A stretch of DNA of 64,000 nt from Saprolegnia diclina VS20. Taxonomy: Eukaryota. The number at the start of each line of letters is the position of its first letter. Position 1 is the first letter of the stretch. The DNA lies in the NCBI RefSeq assembly GCF_000281045.1, contig NW_008246077.1, positions 657,264-721,263 on the forward strand, given 5' to 3'. The notes beneath the pieces were generated by a model. The model was not told where the DNA came from. It saw only the letters and a list, made by a program, of their open reading frames with translations, and did no database searches. Positions 48,285-60,468 of the stretch are shown here, in pieces. The translations under genes and the position numbers were made by a program.

Positions 48285-49246
48285 ATGCCCGAGACCCCCG
48301 TGACGGTGCGCGTGCGGAAGAGCATCAACGAAGCGTACCCTACGCCGTCGCCGCGCACGCGGCCCCACAGCCGCAACTCGTGCTCGCAGGTCACGATTCC
48401 AGAGATCGAGACCAACGCGTTGGGCGACGTTGTGACCGAAGACCTCGCGCGACTCTACTCGCTCGAGAGCAGGGAGCTGCGCTTTGGCGACACGATTGAG
48501 CTCCACGCCATGTCGGCCTTTGAGAAGGCGACTAAGGATGCGCCCATTGGCTTCATGCGCTGGTCGACGTCCTCGGACGCCAAGCACATGCAGAACGTCC
48601 TTGTCGTGCCACCCGTCGACTCGGCGCTCTTCTCCGTCGCCCGCTTTGTCATGTACAGCAATTCGTGAGATCTGTAGAATCATGTCAGCTCATTTAGCAT
48701 GCCGACGCGTGACGACGCCAAGAGCAAGCTGCACAAGACCACGTTGCGCTACGACGATGAATTCGTGCTCGAGCTCTCGCCGCAAACCGCCGCCGAGTGC
48801 ACCAACACGCGGCCTCCGAAAGCCAAATATTCGCTCAACAACAAGACGCCGTCAACGAACGACTTTATCTCGGCGCAGCCGCGCCAATTCAGGGTCGCGG
48901 ACGAGACGCACGTTGGCAGCAAGGGCGAGCTGCATGTGGTCTTGCGCAAAGAGAGCAGCATTGCCGACATGGTACGCGACGCAGTGTCTTGGAATTATAT
49001 ACCAACGGGATTTGGCTGCTCTAGCCTGTCCAAGACGGCGACATGCAAGTGACGCTGCATGTGACCAACTCGAATCGCCATCGGACGTCGCTCAACAACA
49101 ACGTGGTGCAATTCGCCCTTGACACGGGCACGTCCGGCGCGTACTTGGGCTGCGACCGCAAGAAAAGTCTCTTTGGCTTTGCGAATTCGCGGCCAAGTAC
49201 CAAACCGATCGTGTTTCGCCTGGCCAAGGTCAAGACTTTTTCCTAA
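48285..49246 (+). CDS. Hypothetical multi-exon protein
   Basis: Coding-biased segments joined by short GT-AG introns. Internal repeat-like motifs LRFGDTIEL and LRYDDEFVL. Confidence 0.65.
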
Positions 49247-49298
49247 CTTTTGGTATTGATTTGTCGATTTTTTTTCGATTTTTTCGATTTTTGTGCAT

Positions 49299-49337
49299 TA
49301 AGTTCGAGTGTAAGTGAAGTTCGAGTGTAAGTTCGAC
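49299..49337. repeat. Short AAGTTCGAGTGT direct repeats upstream of the TBC gene
   Basis: aagttcga occurs three times within ~40 bp. Confidence 0.6.
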
Positions 49338-49352
49338 AGTGCACTTTTCAAA

Positions 49353-51909
49353 ATGAAAGATTTCTCGGCCGTGCTGGACCGCTTCAAGACGGGCGGCAGT
49401 AGCTCGCCGCCCAAACTGCCGGCGCCGCTGCGCAGCGCGCACGAGTCACCATCGTTCTTTGGCCTCTTGACACCTGTCGTCTCACCGCCCAAGCAAGCGG
49501 CGCCGTCGTCGTCGCCATCGGCGTTTGACGCCGAGTACGTGGGCTTCCACCGGGAGCGTTGGCTGCAGCAGTCGGGCGCCGCCACCAAAGCTGCATCGTT
49601 CCCGTCGTCGCACTATGCCAATTTGCACCACCACTCGTATGCGTCCAAGACCAAGGACGTCAACGTGCAGCAGATCGACCGCGACATTGAGCGCACGATG
49701 CTGTACGACACGGCGTCCGTCGAGCAGCGGCGGCTCGGGCTCGCGACCGCGTCGTGCCGGCCAGCCAACGTGCCGATGCTCCGGCGCGTGCTCGTTGCGG
49801 CGTCTTGGCACTTGACGACGGTGGGCTACTGCCAGAGCATGGACATTCTCTGCGCGTTCCTCCTCCAGTACTTTGACGAAGAAGATGCATTTTGGATGCT
49901 TGTGACGCTCGTCGACGACATCCTGCCCGGGTACTATACGCCGACGCTCGATGGTATTCAAGTCGACCAGCGCGTCTTCCAGGAACTCGTGCAAGAGTAC
50001 CTCCCCGAGCTGAGCGCCGTACAACGTACCGTGATCGTGTGGGTGTTGATGCGGTCCTTGTGTAGCACTTGGAGTCGCAGCATGCGGGCGTCTCGCTCCT
50101 TTGCTTCCACTGGTTTCTCTGCTTGTACGTCAACGTGCTTCCGACGCACGTGGCGGAGCTCGTGTGGAGCTGTCTCTTTGAGTGGGGTCCCCGCGCGCTC
50201 TTTGAGATGGGCTTGCGCATTCTGACCATTGGTACGGCGACAACGATGAAATCTGTCGCATCTCAGAACCGGTTTAGCGGAGGCCGACTTGCTCGCGTGT
50301 GACAACTCGGTCGAGCTCCTCGAGACGCTTCAGGACGTCGCGGTGCAGGTCAACAGCAGCATCGTCCTGCCCGTCTACGAAGGCGTCCTCCTCAAGCGCG
50401 ACGGCAAAGAGAGTCTCTCCATGTCGCCAATTCCCTCGCCGTCGCCGCTCGCGCGGCTGCAAAAGCACGCGACCTTAAGCGTCCGCAAGGTTTTTGAGTT
50501 TGACATTTCAGCGCCCTTTGTCGCTGCGCTGCGGTCGCACTACGCGATGGCGCATCGTCATCGCGAGATGGTCGTGCCGCCCGAGCCAGCGACGTTTGCG
50601 GGACTTCCGCTCACCACCGAGGCGTCGCAGTGGCCAACGCCCGCGTCCACCAAGTTTCAAGCGGTGCGGGCGAGCGTCGCCTCGTTTACGCGCGTTCCCG
50701 CTGAGATTGCGTCGTCTGTTCTTAGCAGCCCGCTCCACCAAGGCGTCAAGCCGACGCGAAGTCAGTATGAGCTGAGCTTGCCGCGCGCACTGCGGTCGAC
50801 GTCACCGCCCAACCACCGACTCGGCTCCCGCGCACACTCACTGCCCGAGCGCCTTCCCGTGCGCAACGACGCTGGCTTTGGGCTCCACGACCTCAAGGCG
50901 CTCCACGGCAGTATACTGGACCGTCTTCTCGACGACCAAAAGAACCGGTAATTTTGCTCTGTAGGTGGACGGAGCCGAACAATTGGCGGTCTGTAGGTGG
51001 CGCTGGGAGCGGCAGAATGCCAAGAACGAGTGGGTCGGGTACTCGGCGCTCAGCGGCGCGATCCTCGAAGGCTCCAAGAAGGGAAATATGCTGCACGTGA
51101 GCTTGTGCGAAGACCGCATCGATACGTACGGCAGCTTTTCGCTGCCCGAAGCCACCCAAGTTCTCGTGGACCTCCAGCAAATGGTCGAGCAGTGTGAAGT
51201 GTCGGGACGCATCTCCAAAGTGCGGCGCGTGCGCGGCCTCGAAGACACGAGCGTCTACGACGTCCCGCTCGAAGTGCAAACGATCCAGCGCGTGTGGGCC
51301 CCCTGCGCGAGCCACGTGCAGCAGGTACCCCGATGACGACACCTTGTGTGAGCTGTCACGATGACATATCATGTTGTTGATAGGCGTGGGAACCAACGGC
51401 CGTGCGCGATATGCTCTTGGCGCTCACGCAGCCCAACGACACGATCCTACTCCGCGACATTGGCATTGGGCTTGCGATTACGTGTGCGGGGCCTCCGAAA
51501 GATCGCCTCGAGTTTGTCTTGGGGCTCTTTGACTGCTTTCCAATGAATGACGAGTCGGCCGTCATCGAGGTACATTGACGTGTGTCGTGCACGGGTTCTG
51601 ATGACGGTATGTGGCGTAGAACGAAGTGCTGCATGAGATTTTGCGGACGATCTATGGGTTTTGCTACGACGCCAACGTCCACGAACGATGCTTTCGCTTC
51701 TTTTGCTTTGTGCTCACGTTTGTGACGCGCACGTCGGTACGTCCATCTGCTGTATGAACTCCACTCGAGTCGACTTCGTACGAGGTACATCATCTGCGTC
51801 TAGCTCACGTATCGCCGCAGTGTCGAGCTCCTCCTGCTCCACTTTCAACACGTCTTTTCACAGCACTAGTCAACACGTCGGTTGGAATCACCACGTTTTT
51901 CTTGTGTAA
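49353..51909 (+). CDS. TBC-domain Rab GTPase-activating protein with C-terminal EF-hand-like region
   Basis: QIDRDIERT (Arg finger), GYCQSM (Gln finger), EEDAFW, PGYY and WFLCLY. 3' end approximate. Confidence 0.85.
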
Positions 51910-51994
51910 TTTCGTATCTCGCTTGGACGAGTATCAAGTACGAGACCTAACCCTACAAGTCAACTCGCAAAGTCTACTGGTCCTCGACCTTCTG

Positions 51995-52028
51995 CAAAAC
52001 TAAGAAAAACTAAGAAAAACTAGAAAAC
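51995..52028. repeat. 10-bp tandem repeat AAAAACTAAG
   Basis: About three copies between convergent gene ends. Confidence 0.7.
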
Positions 52029-52056
52029 GAAATCGCGGCATTATATGACACACTTG

Positions 52057-53283
52057 CTATACGTCGGTGGGCAGTTGACGCACAAGCGCTCTGTCCCAGA
52101 GGGCGCCTATCGGCTCCAACGTCTCGTCCGACGCCTGGAGCGTGACGCGGCGATGCGACCGCCGGACGCACGCCAGTACATTGTTGGTGTGGAGCTCGAC
52201 AACCCAGACGCGGCAATGACGCACTGTATGCAACGTGGCTTGGACACTGCGCAGCGACAGGTGCGCCCTGTCAATGACAACAACGTCCGTCTTTTCCGCG
52301 AGCGCATGCGCGAGCGTCCGGTTGCAAAAATCGTCCGGCTCGTCGCTTTGGGGCTCGTCAAACACGAGGCTGTTGCGCTCGGCGTAGTAGCCTTCGCTCG
52401 TGCAGACGACGCTCGAGAGCCCTCGACGGTCACAGTCGCTTTGGAGATGACGCGCCAGCGTCGACTTGCCGGCGCCCGGGACACCGCGCAGCAGCACCGC
52501 GTCACCCGGTTGCAGCAGCACATCGAGCAAAATGGAAACCGGAGGGTTGGGAATTGAGTACAAGCTTGGGTGGGACCCGTCGATCGCGCGCGCCGAGCCG
52601 CCAATGGTGCAGAGCTCGAGGCTCGTGACCGGTTGTACTCCAATCGTCGTATGCCTGTACGCTCCATAGAGCGCGGGGTCGATGGAAGCGTACGATGACA
52701 GCTTGCACAACGTGATGTGCGGTATGTATGGTGCATGGTTGCCGGCGAGGTCCAGCCCGGCCGCGCGGAGCTCGCTGTGCAAATTCTCGACAAGGAACCC
52801 GAGGGCGGGGCACGGTGCTAGCGTCGCGATCAACACACGGTGGTTGAAGTGCGTGACACCGTCAAGCGAGACCGTCTTGTTCGGAGGAAAGAGCGCAGAT
52901 AGAAGGTGCTGGGCCCGCCGCAAGACGGCCTGGGTGCGCCAAAGGTCTTGCAGTGTATGCAGTCGCAGCACGAGCAGCGTACAGTGCAATTTGGGCGGCG
53001 GAATCATCCCATGCGCGAGCCGTGCATCCTTGCGCTGAATCGCATCCTGGATCGACTCGCAGCGCGCGATCGTTGCTGGCTCGGTGAGGCGAAAGCACAG
53101 AAAGGCGTTGGGGCCGGTTGTCGGCCGCGCCCGTGCGCTACGCTTGCCGCTGCGTCCGCTCGCGTAGGTACTCTTCGGGCCAGCGTCGGCGCCATTCCGG
53201 TCTTGACCGCCGTAGAGAAGCGCTGCGCGCGGGTTCATGCCCTGCGGCGGGCCACGAGGAGGCTGGTCGCGGCTCGACCACAT
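52057..53283 (-). CDS. AKAP7-like 2H phosphoesterase fused to a P-loop (N4BP2/polynucleotide-kinase-like) domain
   Basis: PNAFL, LHCTL and PHITL 2H motifs. LLRGVPGAGKSTLA Walker A. VVVID Walker-B-like. Intronless 408-aa ORF. Confidence 0.85.
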   Translation of the reverse strand: MWSSRDQPPRGPPQGMNPRAALLYGGQDRNGADAGPKSTYASGRSGKRSARARPTTGPNAFLCFRLTEPATIARCESIQDAIQRKDARLAHGMIPPPKLHCTLLVLRLHTLQDLWRTQAVLRRAQHLLSALFPPNKTVSLDGVTHFNHRVLIATLAPCPALGFLVENLHSELRAAGLDLAGNHAPYIPHITLCKLSSYASIDPALYGAYRHTTIGVQPVTSLELCTIGGSARAIDGSHPSLYSIPNPPVSILLDVLLQPGDAVLLRGVPGAGKSTLARHLQSDCDRRGLSSVVCTSEGYYAERNSLVFDEPQSDEPDDFCNRTLAHALAEKTDVVVIDRAHLSLRSVQATLHTVRHCRVWVVELHTNNVLACVRRSHRRVTLQASDETLEPIGALWDRALVRQLPTDV

Positions 53284-53372
53284 TGTGCAATGCGACCACG
53301 AGAGCCCCGATCGAGAGTGATGGTCTGCTTTCCGCTCTCAGGATTGCGTACCCGATAATGGCTTTCATAAAC

Positions 53373-53434
53373 GACACTGGGCTCTATAGCCGGTACTGGG
53401 GTTTATAGCCGACACTGGCCTTTATAGCCGACAC
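53373..53434. repeat. Three imperfect 19-bp tandem repeats in a divergent promoter
   Basis: gacactgggctctatagcc / ggtactggggtttatagcc / gacactggcctttatagcc. Confidence 0.85.
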
Positions 53435-53456
53435 CGTGTAACTGGTTGTGACTGGA

Positions 53457-56400
53457 ATGCAGCGGAAGTACGCGATCTTTGAGGCAATCCGGTCCGGCGA
53501 CCTACGCCTTGTCCGCGCCGAGCTCACAGCGACACCGGCTTGCGTCTATGAAAAATCAATTACGGTACGAGCTCCTAGGACGCACGCAGTGCGAGCGACG
53601 CTGTAGGGAGCGTTGCCGTACGAAGTGGCGGTGGACTGCCATCGCTGGGACATGGTTTTGGCGCTACTGCAGCACGACCCCAACCAGCTCGCACCGACCA
53701 AAGTACCACGTCGACCATGATACAGATCCAAAAGGAATGGTGACGTAGAGCCCGTGCCTCCTCGCCGCCGCCATCACCCAGAGCGTACCCGAGTCGGTCT
53801 TGATCGAGATCGTTCTTGCCGCGCCCGACCACGTGTGTCAGCCGCTCGTATCGTCTTTTCTCGTAGGTACCAGAATGCATGCACTCATAAGGACGACCTC
53901 TTGCAGAAGCGAACCGAGTACCCGATCCATGCGGTCATTGCCGCCGGCCTCTCGGACACTCTCGACGTCATCTTGCTCCACTGCCCGCACCAACTCGCCA
54001 TCTGTGACGACGACGGCAACTCGCTCGCGCACTTGATCTGTCAGTCCTCCACCTTGTCGCTGTCCGTGGTGGCCACGCTCGCCGCGCTCCGGCCGCGTCT
54101 CTTGCAAGCGATCACGACCAATGACGACAACCAGACGCCGCTCCACTGCGCCATCGAGAGCCGTTGCGCATCGCCCGCCATGCTGGCGTCGTTTCAAGCC
54201 GCGCACTCTGGTGAAAATCACACATCCATCTGCTTGGTGCGAGACCGACAAGGCTATCTACCACTGCACGTTGCGATGGCCGAGCGCCAGTGGACTACGA
54301 TGGCCGCGCTCGCAACCTGGTGCCCCGAGACCGTCGCCGAGACCGACCCCGTTGGAGACCTCCCGATCCACGTCGCTGCTGCGTATCGGCAATGGGACCT
54401 CGTTGAGACGCTCGTGCAGCTGGCACCGGCCACGGTACCGGTGGTCGATTCCTTCCGCGTATGACGCATGCTGTCTAGGCATCGCGTCGGGACCGGCTTG
54501 GTCGGTCGCTTCTCGCCGTCGCTCTCGGTGGGCAAGCGTGGCACTGCGCCAAGATCCTCGTCGGGCTCGAATTGGACCCGCTCCCGACCTACGACGTCGA
54601 TGTCGTCATCCAGTTTGAGCAGTGGGATCTAGCCGCGATGCTCTTGTACGCGATGCGCGAGCCGTTGGTCGATCCCCAGCACACGCTGTACCTCTGCTGC
54701 AAGTATGGCGCGCCGTCGTACATTCTCGGGGCCGTCGCGCCCACCGTCGCTACCATCGAAGCCATCAAGCCGCTCGACATTGCGCTCAAGCACAAGCATT
54801 GGGAGACTGCCGCGTGTGTCTTATCGCTGCACGTAGCGAGCGCCCGCATCAAGAACGCAACGCGGCTCTTGCCACTGCAAGTCGCGGTTGCTCAAGAGGC
54901 GCCACCGTGGCTGCTCCAGCGACTCGCATCCGCCTATCCCAGCGCCGCGCTCTGTGTCGATGCCCGAGGCAATCCGCTCGTGCACGTCATGAGCTTACGC
55001 CAGCGATGGGCCTGCGTCAGTGCGCTACTGGAGGCGTCGCCGCGCGTCGCCGACACGCGCGACGCTCTCGGGTTCTCGCTGCTCGAGCGCTTGATTGAAC
55101 GGTATGTGGATGTTGTACGATATTGAAACACGGATATTGTGCATCGTAGCATGGCGCCAGCGACAGTGCTGCTCTGTGCGCTTGCCGCTTCGCCGTTCAC
55201 GTGTTCGACCAAAGGCATCTGGTGCTTGGCATCCGTCCTGCAACACTATGCACTCGCGTTGACGGGGCACGACCTTGACACCCTCACAGCGACCGTGGCC
55301 AGCCGGTCGTTCGCCGACAGCGCGGGTAACTCGGCGCTACACGTGGCCGTTCTGTCTGGCAACGTGCTCTTTTGTCGGTCGCTGCTGCGACGCGCCAACA
55401 ACATCTTCCTTCGCAACGCCGACGGCCACTCGCCGCACGCGCTCGCAATGCAATCGTCAAGTCTCGAGCTGCGCCGACTCTTTGAGCCCCTCGACGGCTC
55501 AGCTGGTGGCCTCCCAAACGAGTGGCTGTCGTCTACAGACTGTGATGGGAAGACGCCGCTCGACCACGCGATATCGGCGGGCGCCTTGCGCGTCGTACAG
55601 TGGATGCTGCAAAGAGGCGGCATTGCGTCCACGCCCATCGAGCGGCTGTCACCACACTCGGACGTGCCGCTGCCAACGCAAGCCGCGATCCGCGCCGAGC
55701 TCACTGCTGCGCAGCACAGTCGCCTTGTGCTCCATGGAAGATACCTTATCGAAGCCATGCCGACTGACAACTCTGACGATACCGTCATGGTGACACGCGC
55801 GCTCGACCTGCTCTCGGGAGCGTACGTGCAACTCCGGGGATATCAAGCGGCCGATACATGTCACGCAGAGTGTGCGCACGTTCAAAGTGTCCAACGCCAG
55901 TCGCAGCGCATCTTGGGTGTACTCGATGCCTTCAGCGACAAGGGCATCTACTACGCGGTCGTCTCGCATGGCGTCGCGCCGCTGCGCACAATCGCAGAAC
56001 GCTCAAGTACCCAGCGGCATGACATTGCGTCCTCGCTCGTGCAGGCCATCTACGATCTGCACATCCAAGCCAAATGTGTCGCGTTAGCTCTGGTCGATCG
56101 AATCGTCGTACGTATTCTGCGTCACTAAGGCCTATCGTAGGCAGCCGAGAGCTTTCTCGAGACGAGCAGCTACGAGTACCAGCTCACGGATGCCCTTGCG
56201 TGCGTCCCAATGGATGAGGCAGTCGCGATCCCACGGCTCTGGACACTCTACGCTACGGCGTCAAAGCGACAGTACATGAGTCCCTGCCTCGCTCGTCAAC
56301 TGCTCCCAGGTGCATTGTTGGTTGCCTCGTACTAGCTTGCATCGTCACGGCGTCGGCTAGTGCCCACCACGGAGAGCGCGGACGAAGGAATCGTCGTCAC

Positions 56401-57805
56401 ACCGTCCGACAATCTCTGGGGCCTCGGTGTCATACTGTACGTACTGTACATGAGATCGCACGCGGCAAAATGCCTCATAGCTACGAGCTTTGGAGTGGCG
56501 CGCCGTGGCTTGAAGACCTTGATGCGAACCTCTTCTCGGCGATGCACGCGATAGCGCGCCAGGCCGACGACGAGCCGAGCGCCATCGAAACCAAAGTGTG
56601 TGCGCGCGGTCTCTCGACAGCGATGAACCACGTGTTGTTGCAAATGCTGCTTCCATCGTCGCCCGGTAGCATAACTCGCATTCTGGTGCATCCCATAGCA
56701 CTATACAGCGTCTCATGCGGCCGTAGCACCTCGAGTACTTTGCATCGACGCCAAACGCATCGGCACTGCCGACCGAGCTCGACGCGGACCCAGCAGACGC
56801 AACGACGCCGACGATGCTGCAGCGCTACTCGTCGCACGAGCTCGTCGCCCTCGCTCTCGAGTCGCACCGCCAGCAGTTTTCCAAGGCCTTGCAGCAGCAA
56901 GAAGACCATGTCAGAGTCGTCGCCAAGACGGAGCGAAAGCTCCAGAAGCTCCAACTCGACCTCGCAACCGCCATGGAGCGCAAGGCCGACGCCGTGTCGG
57001 CCCAACTCAGCGCGTTGGAGTCGACGCTGGCACAGCAGCGCGTCGCGTTGGCAGAGCCTGTCTCGTCTCTCCCACCATCAAACCCTGTAGTCGATGTTGC
57101 ACCCTCCGATGCGGTCAAGAATGCCCCGAATACCAACTGTGTGAGCACCGAAGAGCACATCTGTGCGAGTTATGTCGGGCTGCGCGTGCGCAAGGCGTTT
57201 GAGGACGGCAACGTGTACCATGGATCGGTGCGGGACTCGTACGAGCTCCACCTCAAAACGCAAAATTAGGTTGGCTCGCTGCGGTTTGTGGGTCCGCCTA
57301 GCCGGCAAAGTGCGCTCTGGACCATCGAGTACGACGACGGGGACAGCGAAGACGTTGCAGCCGACGAGCTCGAAGGCCTTCTGCTCGCGCCATTGTCGCT
57401 ACCAGTTCTTATCCCACGCAAGAAGCCACGTCTGCGCGGCCACTTTGCCAAGGACGCCCCACCGATCGGTCGGGTCGTCTGGCTTCTCGCGCATACAAAG
57501 CTGGTCGACACGAGCTTGGCGATACAGACAACAAGTAACCCTACCCCGCTAGGTGGCGACGGGTGTCGTGTGCTCACCGCCCACCGCACTGCACGTGTCC
57601 TCCGACTGCGTCGCGCTCGTCGTTCGCAAGTACTTTGCAGGTGCCGAGAGCTATTGAATCGAGGACGCAAGAGACGAGCAATCGATGCGTAGGCACACCG
57701 ACGTCGGTGCGGTCCCAATTTCGCGCCGTGCAAGGCAAGACGTACATTGTATGGCGCATCTCGCACTGCTTTCTGCCGACCGAGGAGTCGACTTACATTT
57801 CCTGA
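53457..57805 (+). CDS. Ankyrin-repeat protein with degenerate kinase-like domain, coiled coil and Tudor-like domain (3' end uncertain)
   Basis: Many ankyrin repeats (QTPLHCA, GYLPLHVA, GNSALHVAV, GKTPLDHA). Kinase-like remnants (SLVQAIYDLH, NLWGLGVIL-YELWSG.PW). YVGLRVRKAF...WTIEYDDGDSED. Confidence 0.72.
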
Positions 57806-60468
57806 AACATGTACTTGGCGTCCTTCTCGGTCGGTGTTGCGACTTGATCCATTGCCGGTTTCGTCGGCGGCGGCGGTGGTGTCTTGGTCGCGAGCGGCGG
57901 CGCCGTCCCGACCATCGACTTTGAGTTGTCGTCGTCGGCCTCGTCGCCTTCCTTGTACCGGTGCAAACTACGCTCGACAAACGGCGACGTCGTGCTAAAC
58001 TTGTCGGCGACCCAGATCCGGAGCACTTCGAGGCATGCATTGTGGGCGCCCTCGGCCTTGTTGTGCAGATTCTTCTCCAGATCCGGGTTGAGTTCGAGCT
58101 CCCACTCGGTGCGCACTTCAATGTCCATGCGGTCGCTCACGACCTACGACATATCAGAGCCGACTCGGAGAGAGCATGGGTACCATCATGAGGAGTGGCA
58201 CAAACTGCTTGCGCACTTCGCGACGAATGGCGGGGACTTCAATTGCGCGGGCGCGCAAGTCTTTGGTCGACCGCCCTTGGACAATGTCGGCGAGCCAATT
58301 GACGACAAACGAGAATTTGCGCAAACTCGAGCGGCAAATCTCAAACCGGAGCAGCTCGAGGAGCTCGGCCTCCTGCTTGAGGCGCGGGCAGCGCTGGAGC
58401 ACGAGCTCCTGGACGCGGCCAAACATCTCGTCCGTGTTTTCAAGGCCGTGGGCGCCAAAGGCGTAGCAGTTCTCGCACAAGTCGTAGCTACAACAGGGGC
58501 ACGTCGTGTGCATCGTCAAACGACACGAGACGCATACCCTTCGCACGTCGCGCAACGAAACCGGTTGCCAATGATGGGTGTCACCGAGCACACGGCGCAG
58601 CGCGAGCCTTGGTGCACAAACTTCTTTTCAAAGTGCTTGGTGACCGTCTTCTTGGCCGCGGCGGCCGCCATGGAACCAAGCCCGAGGATCGTCTTGGAGA
58701 GCCCGCCCCGCCGCGATGACGCCGTGCCGTCATCGGCACCCAAGAACGAGTTGGAGAGAAGCCCCCCGCGGCGCTCGTCGCCTGTGAACGAGGCGTTCGA
58801 CGTCCGCCGGCTCGACGCCGTCATGCTCATGGAGTTGACTAATACCTCACGCAAAAATGAGCTCGGCAGAGAATGAGGAAAGACTGTGCAGCGTACGGTC
58901 CAGCTCGAGGTCCTCGTCGTCGTTGCCGTCGGGGCGCGAGATGAAGCGCGCGCGATCCGGGTGCAGGTACCGTGCCGTGTGCAGCACGAGTTTGTTGGGC
59001 ACGTCGTCGGGCCGCGGCCCCAGGAACAAGTGCGCCGCGAGCTCCGCATGCTGCGTGACGGCGGCGACGTACTCTTCTTCGCGCGGCTCGATCACGAGTT
59101 TGAGATCGGTCACCATCATGACGCGCTGCATCTGGTAGTACGCGACCTTGAAATGGTGCTTGCCCTTGAGGAGCGGCAAGACAAACTCGGTCATTTCGGT
59201 CGCGACCTCGGCCGGGACATTTTGCATGACCATGTTGGTCTCCGAGACCACCTTGTCCTACGCGACGCCTCATCTTGGCATTTCGAGCATGACGTGTCTG
59301 TCTACCTGCGGGTACTTGGCGGGGTTGCCGTCGATGAGCTGGCGCAAGATGCGTCCGACGCCTTCGCGGTGCGCAAAGGGCACCTTCTCAATGAAGCCTG
59401 TGAGCATATACGGCTCGTACGTCTTGGTGTAGGGCGAGATGACATCCGTGTGCAGCTGCCACTTGTACTTGGCCTACCTTGCCATCAGCTGTATATTGGC
59501 AACGACAAAGAAGGTACCGCGTCTTCGTCGTCGTCGTGGAAGAAGGCGGGCGCCGGCATCGGTGGCGGTGTCGACGGCGGCGTGTTGGCGATCGAGTCGG
59601 TGCTTGCGCGAATGTCCATCTACCGGGTATCGTAAGTACCATGCAAGGCACGAGACATATCGACCTTGAGCTGGAGCGCTTGCAGCTGCGACTCCATCTT
59701 GGAGACTTCTTCCTGCTTCTCCTTGAGGCGACTGAGCTGCATCTCTTGCTCCGTCTGCAGCGTCGTCTCGAGACCGGTGATGCGTTCCTTTTGGATTTTG
59801 ATTTCTTCATCCCGCATCCTAGTACACAAGGAGATGAGATGAGTGGTAGACCATGAATCGTACTTGATCTCCGTGTCCTTGCGATCCAAGTCCTTGACGA
59901 GCAGACCATTTTCGTTGCGGAGCGCGTTGACTTCGGCTTGCTGGCAGTTGCCACTGCAGGCCTTGGGCGCCTCGGCCGGCTTGTCCGGGTTGGACTTGAC
60001 GCTGCTGCGCGAGTTACGAAGACTGTCGCTTTCGCTCGAGCTGCTCGAGCGACCTGCGCCGGCCAGCGCCGAGTTGAGCGAGTCGAGGTTGCGCCGGCGG
60101 TTCTTCTTGTTGCTGGCCTCGAGGGCCGTGACGAGACCGCGCAGCGCCTCGCTCTCCTCGGTTTTGAACGTAATCTCTTGCTGGAGGAACCCAATCTGCT
60201 TGGTGGCCGCGTCGAGCTTGGCTGTCTCGACGCTCAAGAGCTCGTTCTCGCGGAAAACGTAGTCGAACTTCTTCTTCCACTCTTGCGCTTCCTTCTTGAC
60301 CTTGACGTACTCGGACTCGAGGAAGCTCATCTCGCGGATCTTGCCGGCCAGCGACTCCTGGAGGATGCGGTTCTGCTCGAGCGCGTTCTGCTTGCGCGCG
60401 TAGACCTCTTCATTGCTGTGGAGGCTCTGGCGGACGCCCAGCGACATGCCATTGCGGTCGTCCTCCAT
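57793..60468 (-). CDS. Coiled-coil protein with a ZZ-type zinc finger
   Basis: Long heptad N-terminus from MEDDRNG. Spliced HQGSRCAVCSVTPIIGNRFRCATCEG-YDLCENCY. Confidence 0.82.
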
